Positions 36,729 through 49,562 of a stretch of 64,000 bases of DNA are shown here, one piece after another (within the stretch, counting starts at the first letter, position 1; each line of letters opens with the position of its first letter). The translations under genes were made by a program, and so were the position numbers. The stretch comes from Podarcis liolepis. Its lineage: Eukaryota. A model generated the notes under the pieces. It was not told the DNA's origin and did no database searches. It was given only the letters and a program-made list of their open reading frames with translations. The DNA lies in the NCBI GenBank assembly GCA_965112155.1, contig OZ218102.1. One strand, written 5' to 3'.

Positions 36729-38606
36729 GTTGTTGTTTATGCAGCTGCTGGAATTCCTTTGTTCTACTCAGTTATTGTCATAATGGAGCTTCTTGCCATT
36801 TTGCATTGGATAACACCTTTTCCTTTCAGTGCCAGAATTCTCCATTTTGCATATTTCGAAAACTAATCAAGCAAAATCCAAATGGTGGCAGTGTTAGGGG
36901 GATTCTCCACCATAGATCCTCTAGGTCCCTATCCATCAGCTGTTGACCATTCCTTGTTTTAACCAATTCTGTTGTGACTTTGCTGGGTTGAGTTGGAAAG
37001 GGCCATCATCAGCCAGGAATCAGCAGCTTCAACTCAAAAAGTATCAATCTCATTTTCTGAAAACAGTGGAGCTAAAGAAAACTTGGAGACCTTGAGGTTT
37101 TCTGGAGCTATGGATACATAATTGCGGCGAAATGGTGAAGAATGTCCAGGTCTCTGAACCAAGCATGTTGTAACTTAAGAAATGTAGCCATTGGAAAGAA
37201 AATATTTCAAGAGGAGTTTTCTATAAATGCCCTTTTACTGCAGCCCTCTACATCTCCCCCTCATCTCCTGCCCCAACCCAGCCCCATACATGCAGGGAAA
37301 AATTACTTCTGCGATATAACTGTAGCTACAACAGCATTGAAATATGCCAGCATGTTATCCAAATTTATTCCATTCTCCCCTCCACCTTCATAGTTTGCAT
37401 TTTTTGCTTCACAGATAATCCTGTTCACAGGATAACCCCCCTAGCATTGTCCCAGAAGTCTTTAACCAAATACAAACTGGGCCCCTTTTGGAGCATTCCA
37501 CATGATCCATCAGCTAGAAACATGAGTGCATACAATCCAGTTTATTACTATTCAAGCATTGCGTCTTTGGACTCTGCATCAGAGCAGAGCAGCTGGGCAA
37601 ACGAAAGGTCCAATGTTGCCCTTTTAACTTAAATCCCACTTGGTGTACTCCGTTATCACGAGGCTATTAGCATTTTTAATAAAATAGTATATGCCATTAA
37701 AAATCTTGACATTTACCAGAACTATCCGTTAAATTAATAGCACATTGCATCCCTTACATACTGCCAACCTGGCAGGAAAGATCAATAGAATGATTTAGGA
37801 AATGTCAACATTTGAATAGGGAATGGTTGCAGGCACCTTTTGATAATTTGTGGATGGGAAGTCATGAGAAAACCAGGCTAATTCGTAGGGTGCTCAGCGG
37901 AAGAACAAACTTTGACTTTATTTACACATGATGATTTGGGATGTAATGGCCCATGTTTATGATACCACTTGAGATGACCACTGACATTTGAACGCCAAGG
38001 AGTGGGGGAGCTATTAATTCCCAGTCCTGTCTGCAGAGCTTTTACTACCAACAATCTTGTTGTTCCAGTCTCAGGGACATCATAAGTGATAGAAATGAAT
38101 AAGCCTCGTTGATGGATAACTTTCTGTGTGAATGCAACATTTCTTTGCAAGAAGCCATTCCAGGCACCAGACCTTCTGTCTTGCTTCTTCTACTCAGTAG
38201 TGCTAAGAATCTTGCATCATTCCATGATGTGTTTGTGTTTTCCCCTTACATCATTTCCCTTCCAGCTGCCTGATTCAGGCTGCAGCCCTATATCTACTTA
38301 GCTAGGAGAAAGTCCCATTGTGTCTGAATAGACCTGAATTCATGAGTGGTATCCAATGCTGTCATTCCACTTGCACAACAGACTAGAGAAGATTTTGGGG
38401 GGTGTCTGGGGACACTGGGACACTCTCTGTCATGAGTTAAAGTCATTGCACCATGCAGCTTTGGGTAGATCCAATTGTTTTGATTTTGTTTTCGAACTGC
38501 TTTGTTTGAAATTATTTAATTACATTGTTGTCACCCACCATGGGACCAAATGCTGAAGAGCAGGGATTAAATTCTCTAAATAAATAAATGTGGCTGATCT
38601 GTAATT

Positions 38607-39027
38607 GTTGTTGTTGTTTAGTCGTTCTAGTCATGTCCGACTCTTCGTGACCCCATGAACCAGAGCACGCCAGGCATGCCTGTCTTCCACTGCCTCCCGC
38701 AGTTTGGTCAAACTCATGTTCAGAGCTTTGAAAACACTGTTCAACCATCTCGTCCTCTGTTGTCCCCTTCTCCTTGTGCCCTCCATCTTTCCCAAAATCA
38801 GGGTCTTTTCCAGGGAGTCTTCTCTTCTCATGAAGTGGCCAAAGTATTGGAGCCTCAGCTTCAGGATCTGTCCTTCCAGTGAGCACTCAGGGCTCATTTC
38901 CTTCAGAATGGATAGGTTTGATCTTCTTTATGGTCCAGCTTTCACTTCCATACATCACTACCTGGAAAACCATAGCTTTTACTATACGGACCTTTGTTGG
39001 CAAGGTGATGTCTCTACTTTTTAAGAT
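38607..39027 (-). mobile_element. BovB (RTE clade) LINE 3' fragment
   Basis: ORF 38631-38897 reads PECSLEGQILKLRLQYFGH.MRREDSLEKTLILGK.EG.RRRG...W...AWRALVHGVTKSRT. (CAA)n tail; 14-bp TSD GCTGATCTG(T/C)AATT at 38593-38606 and 39028-39041. Confidence 0.93.
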
Positions 39028-39189
39028 GCTGATCTGCAATTATCCTACTTTAAATGTTCCTGGAGCTACAGCTCTAGCATGCTTGTCATTCAGAAGCCGT
39101 CTATTTCCTCATCATAAGATTTTGCTGGTACGGCCTTCCACAAGGACGACGGGAATGGAGATGCACCCATTACTCTTAGGTTATGGAAG

Positions 39190-39370
39190 TACATAGGAAG
39201 TTGCCTTACACAGATTCAGACCATTGGTCCAACTAGCTCGCTATTCTCTGCACTGACTCGCCATGATTCTCCAAGATTTCAGACAGGACTCTTCCTACCC
39301 TGCCAGGAGTTGCTAAGGATTCAACCTAGGACCTCTTGCATTCAAAGGAGATGCTCTACCACTGAGCTGC
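39190..39370 (-). mobile_element. tRNA-headed SINE with CR1-like tail (Squam2-like); related + strand copy at about 55500-55675
   Basis: The minus strand begins cagctcagtggtagagcat...ggttgaatcc and ends aaggcaacttcctatgt. Confidence 0.65.
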
Positions 39371-39949
39371 CATTCCCGCACAAGGCAACTTCAGGAGAAC
39401 TAGCTCACCCACAATTCTTTTGGTCCTGATAAAGCAATCCAGAATGGACAAGGTGCCCTAATCTAGTAATTCTAGTCGATTTGCACCTTATCTCATGTTC
39501 TTCATTGTAGAAGAAAGGCTACTGCAGATGAATTGCAGATGTGAGCGACATCTTCCAAGTTGCTCTTGTTCCAGATACCATGAAATATACAGTGTTGCAT
39601 AGACATGAGTTGGAATGCCACATATTAATAACTAGCTATGCTTATGTACTTGTAGGAGGAGGGAAAATTCTTTTCTTCCAAGATGCATACTTTTGACATC
39701 CACTATTTCAAAGCAATTGAAGAAGACAGTAGGGTTTTTCCAAACTCTTTTTAGCTTGTTCTGTTCAGTGGCAAATTGAGGCTCCAATCCAATTCACACA
39801 TCCCTGGAAGCAAGCCTCATTGAACTTAATGAAACATGCTCAAGATTGTGCTAGGAATCAAAGCCATCAGTACATATACAGTAGCTATTGTTGCCTCTTC
39901 TTCATAATGGTGCACTTAGAAAGTGGTGTGTGGATCCCCAGTGCCTATA

Positions 39950-40190
39950 CAGTGGTACCTCGGGTTACAGACGCTTCAGGTTACAGATGCTTCAGGTTAC
40001 AGACTCCGCTAACCCAGAAATAGTACCTTGGGTTAAGAACTTTGCTTCAGGATGAGAACAGAAATCATGCGGCGGTGGTGCAGCGGCAGCGGAGGCCCCA
40101 TTAGCTAAAGTAGTGCTTCAGGTTAAGAACAGTTTCAGGTTAAGAACGGACCTCCGGAACAAATTAAGTTCTTAACCTGAGGTACCACTG
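39950..40190. mobile_element. Tc1/mariner MITE family A, copy 2
   Basis: TA TSD and TIRs; internal 16-bp duplication acagacgcttcaggtt. Confidence 0.9.
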
Positions 40191-42598
40191 TATGCAGAAG
40201 TTCTTATAAAATAATTCTGTAACAAGTCTGATCTTCTGATACATCAGTCAAAAGTGTTTATAGAGAGGTGGCAAGCAGCTTAATACAAACACTGTTTGAT
40301 GGAGCAGCCCAACATACATTTGCAAGCATGGTAGACTTCAAAAGTCTCACACCCTTTATTTGTCTAACCTGATAATTTCTAGACTAAGTAAATAATCAAC
40401 ATCAATTTCCACATTTGACATGTCTGTGCTGATCTCTGTGAACTTAACGATGGAGCACCTTGCAATGTTGTTATTCCCTAAGGAACACTGGTGATATTTT
40501 TGTAGCAAAAACAATACTGGAAACCTCTTTATCTGTTGGCCATTGGAAGCTACTGTGGAACAATATATTTCTTTCCCATTATTTTAGAAGCATGGGACTG
40601 GATGTCAGCATTCATGTACCTTGAAATTGAGTGCCTGCAGAATATTTAACACAAAAAGCGGCAGATGCTGAATCCCCAATGCCAGATAGGGATAGTAAAG
40701 CCAGGTTATTTGCACACTTTCTTGGTCCCTGAAGCCCATTTCAGCTACCTATATTTCACAGGTAACCACCTGGAAGCACGGACCAAAGACAAACTTCAAA
40801 GAACTCTTTTGTGATAAAACAGCAAGACTCATCTTAGCTCTCTCAGAGACCTTCAGCTGCCGAGGTTAAGCAGATACAGTTGCATTCAGATCTGAAGAAT
40901 GGGAAGTTGAAACGTATGCAGAGTTTTGCCATTTCCCCCATCGTCTTCAGATTGGGAATGGAAGGCCTTTCTCCAAAGCCCCCTGCCCTGGCCATGGAAA
41001 GTTATGTACAAGTTACCCTGGCTAAAAGCCAACTTAAATATTTGGTGCCTAAGATTGCAAACCTGGCCACAATTATTTGTAAGCACATTCCACTATCTGT
41101 AAGCATGACCCTTGAGATCATTGTAGCTGGGCATAGTAGACTTTCGTGGTGGCTGGCTCTTCAGCTCCTATGAATCAGAAACTCCAAAGGAATCTTGCAG
41201 AAACTTTAGCCCAGCATCAAGAGGACCAGACTGGATGATTCTTCCACCCACAGCAGGCCTTTCATGTGGAGGAGAGCTCTCCCTGTCCGCTGCATGCACA
41301 GGTTTTACCTCCTCTGGCCTCAATTGTCCCAAGCAGAAATGGCACATCCAAATGTTTATTATATATTTATTATTTACAAGAGTATTTATAAACCTCAAAC
41401 TCATTAAAAAAAATCAAGGTGTTGCGCAATAAAACTGTTAAAAAATCATGAAACCACAAAAATCAAAAAATGTGGCACAAACATGACTTATGTACATAAA
41501 ATCCCAATCACTTTGGGCAAAATTGTGTAACTGATCCCTTGAAAATAATATGCCAGGTATAAATGATCTTAAAGAAACCCTGTTAACTTTGTTAATCAGA
41601 TAGACCATTGCTCAGTGAATGGGTGGATTATCAATTATCTGTTTAAAATTCTGCTGTTTGCCTAGAAACTAATAATAAGTGACTCTGTCCAATGTTTAAA
41701 AATTAAATCGAACTTTGCTAAACTGCAGGTTAATTGGATTGCAATGTAAACAGGAATATCAGAAATGGGATTCAAGCTCAACAGTGTAAAATGTGAGGTT
41801 AAGTAGATGAGTGTATTTAATATTTCACAAGTTCTCCTGAATTCAGCTGAAAGTGACTGATGTGGAAGAGGCATGATGGTTTCAGTTGGCCATAATGACT
41901 AAAAACTACCCACAAAGCAACTCTTTGAAAGGGAAAAACAAAGTGCATATGATGGATTATTGGACCAGAAAAGTATTTTAAAATCATATAACTCCCATAT
42001 CCTCTAAGCCAGAAAGCTATGCTTAGTTAGGTCCCCTGTGTGACTTCCACTTGGGGGGGGGGAATGGAAAGAGAACTAATCCAGGAAGGATGATTTCAAG
42101 AAGGAACCATTTTTATGTAACTTGATGACCCTAGAAAGACCCGCAAAAATTAGGAGTGAGGTGACATATATAAATAGTGTATCAAGAGTGGATACAGGTG
42201 AGGAGGAAGAGACTAACAGAGCTGCCCAAACTATAGAAAGCCTGCATAATTTACTCTGGGGTAAATCATGCTGGTGTAACTTGCCCCACAATTCCTCACT
42301 CCTGCCAGGAGTGGGGCTGCTATTGGCTGAGCCTGAGGAAAAATAAGCTTTTAAAATATAGCCTGACTCACATCACTCTTTCTGGCAGTATATCTTCTGT
42401 TGGGTTACTAAGTTGTGTGAGTTTGGAAAAGCGTGTCTCCTCTTGCCCTGTCCCTACCCCACTCCTACCCCCAGAATGCCTGGTATAGCCTCAGCTTAGT
42501 GCAGGCTCAGCCATCTCAGCTAGACAGCAGCATCTTCCAAACCCTGCTCATCCCTGCAGATCTTGGGTGCGGAATAATCTCTAACTAAAAGAAAATGT

Positions 42599-42934
42599 GG
42601 GACATGGGTGGCGCTGTTGGTTAAACCACAGAGCCTAGGGCTTGCCAATCAGGTCAGCGGTTCGAATCCGCGCAACGGGATGAACTCCCATTGCTCGGTC
42701 CGTGCTCCTGCCAACCTAGCAGTTTGAAAGCACGTCAAAGTGCAAGTAAATAAATAGGTACCGATCTGGTGGGAAGGTAAATGGCATTTCCGTGTGCTGC
42801 TCTGGTTCGCCAGAAGTGGCTTAGTCATGCTGGCCACATGACCCGGAAGCTGTATGCCGGCTCCCTCGGCCAATAAAGCGAGGTGAGCACCACAACCCCA
42901 GAGTTGTCCTAATGGTCAGGGGTCCCTTTACCTT
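42599..42934 (+). mobile_element. Sauria SINE (Squam1), full length
   Basis: gggacatgggtggcgctg tRNA-like head, ggttcgaatcc B-box, ACCTTT tail; TSD TAAAAGAAAAT(G/A)T at 42586-42598 and 42935-42947. Confidence 0.95.
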
Positions 42935-43055
42935 TAAAAGAAAATATGGACACAATAAAATGTCCTTCCGTGTGAGAGACCGGACTAGATAAAACTCTTA
43001 AAAGAATCTCTCAGTTTTGTGGAGAGAATTCTTCCATTATCATGACATTCTTCCT

Positions 43056-43056
<1 letters not shown>

Positions 43057-43102
<46 letters not shown>
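43057..43102. repeat. (GT)n microsatellite
   Basis: Direct reading. Confidence 0.95.
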
Positions 43103-43103
<1 letters not shown>

Positions 43104-44550
43104 AGAGATGCACACATACACCTTCCAGTATGTTTTTAATGAAGAAAAGAGCTTAAGAGAACAGTGGGAAATGAAACTAGGGTATATGGCTGGTTGCCAA
43201 AATGTTAGATTTTGAGGCAAAAACTAAGATAATATAGCAACAGCCATATGATAACGAGCAATAGCAATTTCACATGTTCAAGATGTCTGCAATTATTATG
43301 CGAATAACTCAATGTATGATCTCACCCCTGAGTCAATTCCCAGGATTTGGCATAGCTTATAGATGTTTTTTTCTGCCTAGACATGAATCTCACATACCCT
43401 TTCATGATCTGTGCCTTAATGTTAACACTGTCATGTCCTCAGACTATAGACAGGATTTCAGTCAGGTATGAAGTTTAAACCAATTTTCCCTGGTAATAAA
43501 AGCCTGACAGAAATGGATTCCCTGGTAAATATTCATTATGCAGGAAAAAGAGAAGCCCGCATTTCCTAATGCACCTGGTTTTTACACGGCAGGTGGCCAG
43601 CTGCATCCCATTCTGCCAATTTCATCCTGGGGAGTAGTTTATCTCTGAAATCCTGTGTCTTATATGTTGGGGGAAAGAACAGCAAAGCTGCACAAAAATG
43701 GGCTTTCTGGCTTTACATATAATTCCACCCAATGAAACCTTTGACCCTTAGCAAATGCATGCCCAAAATTGTATATTTCCAGTTCTAGTCGTTTTGCTAC
43801 GCTTTAACAATTGCTCTCTTTGGTATTGTCAGGATGAATTAACTTCATTCTGCTCTCAGCTTTCCTTCTTGACAATAAGCATTCCCTGGGTTGTATCTAA
43901 GTTAGGGTAGACCCACTGAAATTAAGAACCCACAAGTAGTCATGTTCATTCATTTCAGTGGGTCTACTTCAACTATGACCAGTGCTATTTTTCTAGAAAA
44001 AGAGATGCCAGAACTCACCACAAACAGCTCCCTCGTTCTCTTAGAATGGCAATAGCGCCCACCTGAGAGGTGCCGGAACTGAGTTGGGGGGGGGGACTTT
44101 GATTATGACTAATGTTGAATACAACTTCAAGTCCCAGAAGTGGTTTTAATTGGCATTTGATGTTCAGGGGTCATAGGAACTACAGATAGAACCATTGATG
44201 ACCCTTGTCCTTGATTCTGTTCTGCTGCTCAAGTCCCTGCTGGCTTTCCAATAATGGCCACTGATTCGACTGATTCCTTGATTCTCACCAAATGACAACA
44301 GGCAAAGAATTTTTTAATTTTTTAAAAAAGAGCTGCTATCATTTCCTGTCCGCTCTGCATTTAGCTTCATAAGATTATGCACATTTGTGGTGCAAACGCA
44401 CCAGCTGAGCCAATCTGGTGGTTCTCCTGCCAATGTATTTTACGATACGGTAATCTTTATTGTCATTGTCCCATACAGAACAACTATCCCAACTATCCCA
44501 GCCTGGTTAGCCCCTAAAAACTCTGATACCCCATAACTGAATACAATATA

Positions 44551-44775
44551 CAGTGGTACCTCGGGATACAGACACTTCAGGTTACAGACTCCGCTAACCC
44601 AGAAATAGTACCTCGGGTTAAGAACTTTGCTTCAAGATGAGAACAGAAATCATGCTGTGGTGGCGCAGCAGCAGCAGAAGGCCCATTAGCTAAAGTGGTG
44701 CTTCAGGTTAAGAACAGTTTCAGGTTAAGAACGGACCTCCAGAACAAATTAAGTTCTTAACCTGAGGTACCACTG
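44551..44775. mobile_element. Tc1/mariner MITE family A, copy 3
   Basis: TA TSD and TIRs. Confidence 0.9.
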
Positions 44776-44796
44776 TACTCACATAGAAACTACCTT

Positions 44797-44998
44797 ATAA
44801 TAATAATAATAATATTTGTACCCCGCCCATCTGGCTGGGTTTCCCCAGCCACTCTGGGAGGCTTCCAACAAAGATGAAAAATACACTAAAATGTTACATA
44901 TTAAAAACTTCCCTGATGTCTTCTGAATGTCAGGTAGTTGTTTATCGCTTTGACATCTGATGGGAGGGCGTTCCACAGGGCGGGCGCCACTACCGGGA
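44797..44998 (-). mobile_element. L2 3' fragment
   Basis: VVAPALWNALPSDVKAINNYLTFRRH; (TTA)n tail; same family as the 25415 and 50225 copies. Confidence 0.88.
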
Positions 44999-46067
44999 CT
45001 GCGTTTAAAACCAAAATCACATTTGGATAAAAACTGTTTCTCGGGTGGCTTGTCCTAGTCTTCTTCCAGAAGCTGAAAGAGATCATTTCCGGGGTGTGCA
45101 CTATCCTGCACTATCTCTGCAGCTTTGCACCACTGCCACATCCCTCTCCCTTCCAGGAAGCAGCAATACACCTGCTGAGAGGTCAGTTAAGTGCCTCCAC
45201 TCCACAACGTCATCTGCTATGGAGGTGATGTTCATAATATTTCCCCAATATCTCCCCAAAAAGTTTAATAAAAGTAGTGTAAAGGGCGACTTGCATGTAC
45301 CTAGGCAGTAAATGGTAGATATATAGAAAGACAGACTAATAGAAAGATAGCTAGATAGAGATGAAGAGCAATGTTTGCTCTTCCTGGAAGCTGTTATGAA
45401 ATAGGCTACAATCAATACCATACATTTAAAGAAGTCTTATATCACTTTAAGAATCATGGCTTCCTCCAAAGGGAAGGATCCCGGGGACTGTAGGGTGCTG
45501 AGAATGATGAGGAGAGCTTCTCACGGAGCTACAATTCCCAGCGCCCTTCATTACCAACTGGGCGCTGAACTTCACAGCTGGAGCCAAAGTCCAAAGATAC
45601 TTCCATTCACTTCCAGTAGGCAGCAATATGTGCATTGCGGAACAGGTGACTACTAAGTGGAATATCGCAGTATTAATCCGGCAGCTGCTTTTTGAAAATC
45701 CCTTGGCTGGTTTCAGAGCACTTTGGCAGCTCTGGAAGCTGGGGCATCTGAGCTTCTTTCAGAGCTTGCGGACCACCCAGCTCCCATTCTGAAAGCTAGC
45801 CCTTTTTAAGGCATCATTTCAAGCTCTTCCAAGTGCTCCAGTTCAAAACCATTCCGCAGGACCACTCAATCCTTTCTCAAAGGGCTCTAGAACCAGTTGT
45901 GGGTGGTTTTTAATTCTAAGCCTCTTCACTGGAAGAACTGCACATGGACAGTTGTTATTTTTTAAAAAAAAAATCCACTCTGAAAAGGCAAAGAATAAAT
46001 TTAGGGTGGATGCTGCATGTCCAGCTCTTAGTATATGAGCACATTCCAAGTTCAATATCAATATCCA

Positions 46068-46208
46068 AGTTCGATAGCTCAGTCGGTAGAGCATGAGACT
46101 CTTAAACTCAGGGTCGTGGGTTCAAGCCCCATGTTGGGCCAAAGATTCCTGCACTGCAGAAGGCTGGGCTACATGATCCTTGTGGTCCCTTTCAATTCTA
46201 TGATTCTG
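46068..46208 (+). mobile_element. tRNA-Lys(CTT)-derived SINE with CR1 3' tail (POMSINE-like)
   Basis: tagctcagtcggtagagcatgagactCTTaaactcagggtcgtgggttcaagccccatgttgggc closely follows tRNA-Lys-CTT with the 5' acceptor strand lost. The tail ...ggtccctttcaattctatgattct matches the CR1 3' end at 2944-3030. Confidence 0.88.
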
Positions 46209-47370
46209 CTTCAAGGTGCTGCTCACACACATCTTATGTGTAGGGACCGTCTCTTTCCAGGCAAATTTGCCCATCCATCAAGATCAAATGATGTAACCTT
46301 CAGGTGAATATGCCTTTATCTTCTCAGGTACCTTTGGTGGCAATGTGTGAGAGCATTTTCTCTGGTGACATCCTGTCTATGGAAGTCACTGCCCCCCCAA
46401 GTTAACTACATGTTTATTCATATTCCACCTGCATTGAAGGCTTTTCTTTTTCATCTTTTGGTTCTGTTACTGCTTTATGATGCATTCTGTATCTCTGGGC
46501 TCTTTGAAGTTTTCATCTCTTAAGTGGACATCTGTTTTCTTTTCCCTGAGTTTTAATTATTTTCAATATTTTTATATTGGTCTGATGTATCCTGAGCTGC
46601 TTTGTGAAGGTCTTACCCTAGAGGAGTAGCATGGAAATATCTGTACAATAAAATAAAATAAAATGTCCCCTTTAAAATGCAGCCTAATTTTAAAAAATGC
46701 AGCCTAATCCAATGGTGACGGCAGAAACCAGCCATCATGGTTAGCAGCAACTGAGAGACTGATCCTCCACAAATCTGTCAAATCCTCTTTTCAAGGCACC
46801 CAGGCTGGTGGCCATGATAACCTTTTCCAATCCCATAGTTTAACAATGTGCTGTGTGAATAAGTACCTTCTTTTGCCTCTCCCAAAACCTTACAGCATTT
46901 GGCTTCACCGAATGATCCCAAGTTCTAGTTTTATGACAGGGAGAAAAACCACTCCCTGCTTTGGAGACAGTCCCATGACCTCCTTTGAAGTGAAAACTTG
47001 CATAAGATTGGTCTGTACATCTGTTGTTGCAAGACTGGCTAAATCTCCAGTGAATTTAGCTGTGTATTTTTGCCTTGGTTTCATTTTAAACCCCTACTTC
47101 TTGAACATGGGCAACCTAAAGCGGGCTAGAGCATTCCAGACAAAACCTCTTAAAATAATATTTGAACTTTTCTTATCTGTGCTAGAAATAAATGGCCCAA
47201 TTCATCCAAGGGTTACATTGCAGTATAGCTGAATAAGTGTTATTTTTGTAAAGGCAGTTCAAAGGTAGAAATGTATGTGTCCAAACTGCCGAAAGCAAGA
47301 ACTCAACTTTCCTTGTAATGTTCATGTATGTTTGCCTTTTTCTCCCTAGTTATTAGATATGTCTGCTAGG

Positions 47371-47371
47371 A

Positions 47372-47433
<62 letters not shown>
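47371..47433. repeat. (GAAA)n microsatellite
   Basis: Direct reading. Confidence 0.95.
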
Positions 47434-47435
<2 letters not shown>

Positions 47436-48397
47436 GTGCTTGTTTTCCAAAACCACCTTTCCTACGGACTGGAAAGCATAACCATTGTGTACAGCCCTGC
47501 TGTCTGTTGCCATGGAAGTGTGGTCAATGTCAGCCTTATGACTTCACTCTAGGATAGACAGCAGGATACAGGAAACAAGCCCCTAGTTTAAATAAATATG
47601 ACTTGATTAATAATTAGGGAATATTAAGAAGGACTCGCTATGAGACAATCTGGCAATGGATTTGACATCTCCTAGGGTTCGTCGTTATTCCATGTAGCTT
47701 TGGTTCGTTGGGTAGATTTTTCTGAGGACCATATATTTGTTTAGTTTTCAGCTTTAGTCTTACTTTTCCAACAGCCTGAAAGCCCAGCTTGTTAGGATCA
47801 GAGACAGTATTTCATTGCGGATGGGAATGGCAAAGAGTCAGACCTACTGTACGCAATGCATCCTGCATGAACACTCCCTGCTTCTATTCTTATCGGTTTG
47901 CACTGGAAGAACTGTAGGTGTCATGCAAAGCACAGTAGGTTTCCCGTCCCTAAAAGTAGTAACCAACATTTGAGCAAAGGTATTGGGTGTCAGTAATGAT
48001 GATGAGAAAATTTGGCCGGGAAAGAGTCAGATATTGTTGGACACATGTTACCAGCAGTGCTAGTGTGGAAATGAAAGACCCAGACATATGCTTTCTAAAA
48101 TTATCCGTGAAACTAAAACCAAGGGCAACATACTTAAAATATTATTAGAGCCTGCGGGCAGCCTGCAACAGGCCAGCAAAATGCTCTTCCACTGTATCAC
48201 TGCCTGGAATCTGCCTTTGATATGAAGACTGTATAACTACTGGATTTTGACACCACTTTACCCTCTCTCCCTTTACCGTAATCACGCCTGCCTCCCTTGC
48301 ATTTTTAACATTGTTGTTGCAATGCTGCTTGACGTGATTTCGGTGGATCGCTTTACAGAGAAAGCGCAAGAGAGTCTATCGTTTATTGGTAGGTGAG

Positions 48398-49075
48398 CAG
48401 GGGCGTCTTACTCATAGATGTTAGTGATGCGGGGCACCAGGGCGCCAGATTTTGGAGGGCGCCACAGGCTGAGTATCCGGGAAGTAGAGTCAGGGCGTGC
48501 TCCCTTCCCCACTCTGAGGCAGCCCACTCCTCTCCTCTCAGCCACCCATCGGAGTGCTCTGCGTCCGGCTCAGGGAAGCCCCTTTACGTCCCCTCCTGCC
48601 AGGGCTGCCTGGGCGCCTGGCAGGTGCAATCGGGGGCGGGCGTGGGGCAGGGTGGGAGTGTCTCTTCCACCCCTCTCTGGCCACGTCATTGCCTCTGTGC
48701 CTCGTGTAGAGTCTGCGAGAGGAGTAGGGAAGTGCCCTGTGCAATCACAGCACCATGCAAGGATGGGACAGCCAGCGAGCCACTTGATCTGCTTGCTGGC
48801 CCTCCTGTCATGCGGACTTCCCCGGACAGGGGCAGGTAAGGGGCGCCAGGCGCTTAGAGGGAGGCTGCACGGGAGGCCGTCTGGGCTGTGATCCAGGTGC
48901 CTCTTACTTATGTGCAGCGCTGAGCGCGTGTCAGACCATGCAATGTAAATGAGCCGGAGCAAAGTCCACCACCCCACCCCCTGCTTAAAAAGGTTGACAA
49001 CTCTGGGAACCAAGGGGGGGGGGACGCCGGAGAGATATTTGCACCACGGCGCCGGATATGCTTAAGACGGCCCTG
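48398..49075. mobile_element. CpG-rich hAT non-autonomous element (678 bp)
   Basis: 13-bp TIRs CAGGGGCGTCTTA and TAAGACGGCCCTG (one mismatch); 8-bp TSD (T/C)AGGTGAG; multiple GGCGCC subterminal motifs. Confidence 0.88.
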
Positions 49076-49300
49076 CAGGTGAGGATAACTCTTGGAATAT
49101 CCGCAGTATACTTTTTAGTGATGGTCCTAATAAAATGGCCTGGAAACTTCAGCTGGTTCCAAATGTGACTGCCAGAGTCTTGATTTTGGGGCAAGGTAGC
49201 TGGGCACTGTAACACCATTATTCCCAGTTGCACTGGCTGCTGGTGCATCTCTGAGCCCAATTTCAGAGTTCTGGTTTTAACTTTTGAGGGTGCCCTAAAA

Positions 49301-49562
49301 TAGGTTTGCCATACATCAGGAAAATTCCTGACATGTCCTGGTTTCCAGGTATAAAAATGGCATCAGGGGAGATTTTTGCTGAATCGGCAAAATGCCCAGG
49401 GGGAACTCAGCTGTATGGCAATGCGATGGAAAAAGCAGTGGAAACAACTCCAAAATCACTATTTTGGGGGGAGGTTTCCCCAAAATAGCTCAACAATTTT
49501 GGTGGGTCTTCCTTAAGAAAGCTCAACAAGTTTGCAGGCCATTTTGAAATGTGGTAACCCTA
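49301..49562. mobile_element. hAT-like MITE
   Basis: TIRs taggtttgccata and tgtggtaacccta. Confidence 0.6.

Larger units (their letters stand above)
44440..45125 (-). mobile_element. Rex1/Babar LINE 3' fragment interrupted by a MITE and an L2 piece
   Basis: The minus strand gives KAAEIVQDSAHPGNDLFQLL / TRTSHPRNSFYPNVILVLNA. The 3' end at 44440-44483 matches the tail of the 24846 copy. Confidence 0.8.

Noticed and set aside
36593-36946. Poly-Phe ORF
   Set aside because: Artefact of the (CTT)n microsatellite.
46068-46140. Functional tRNA-Lys(CTT) gene
   Set aside because: The 5' acceptor strand is lost, there is no oligo-T terminator, and it runs straight into a CR1-derived tail, so it is a SINE head.
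48393-49013. Overlapping 147-157-aa ORFs
   Set aside because: Open only because of high GC content inside a hAT element; no domain motifs.
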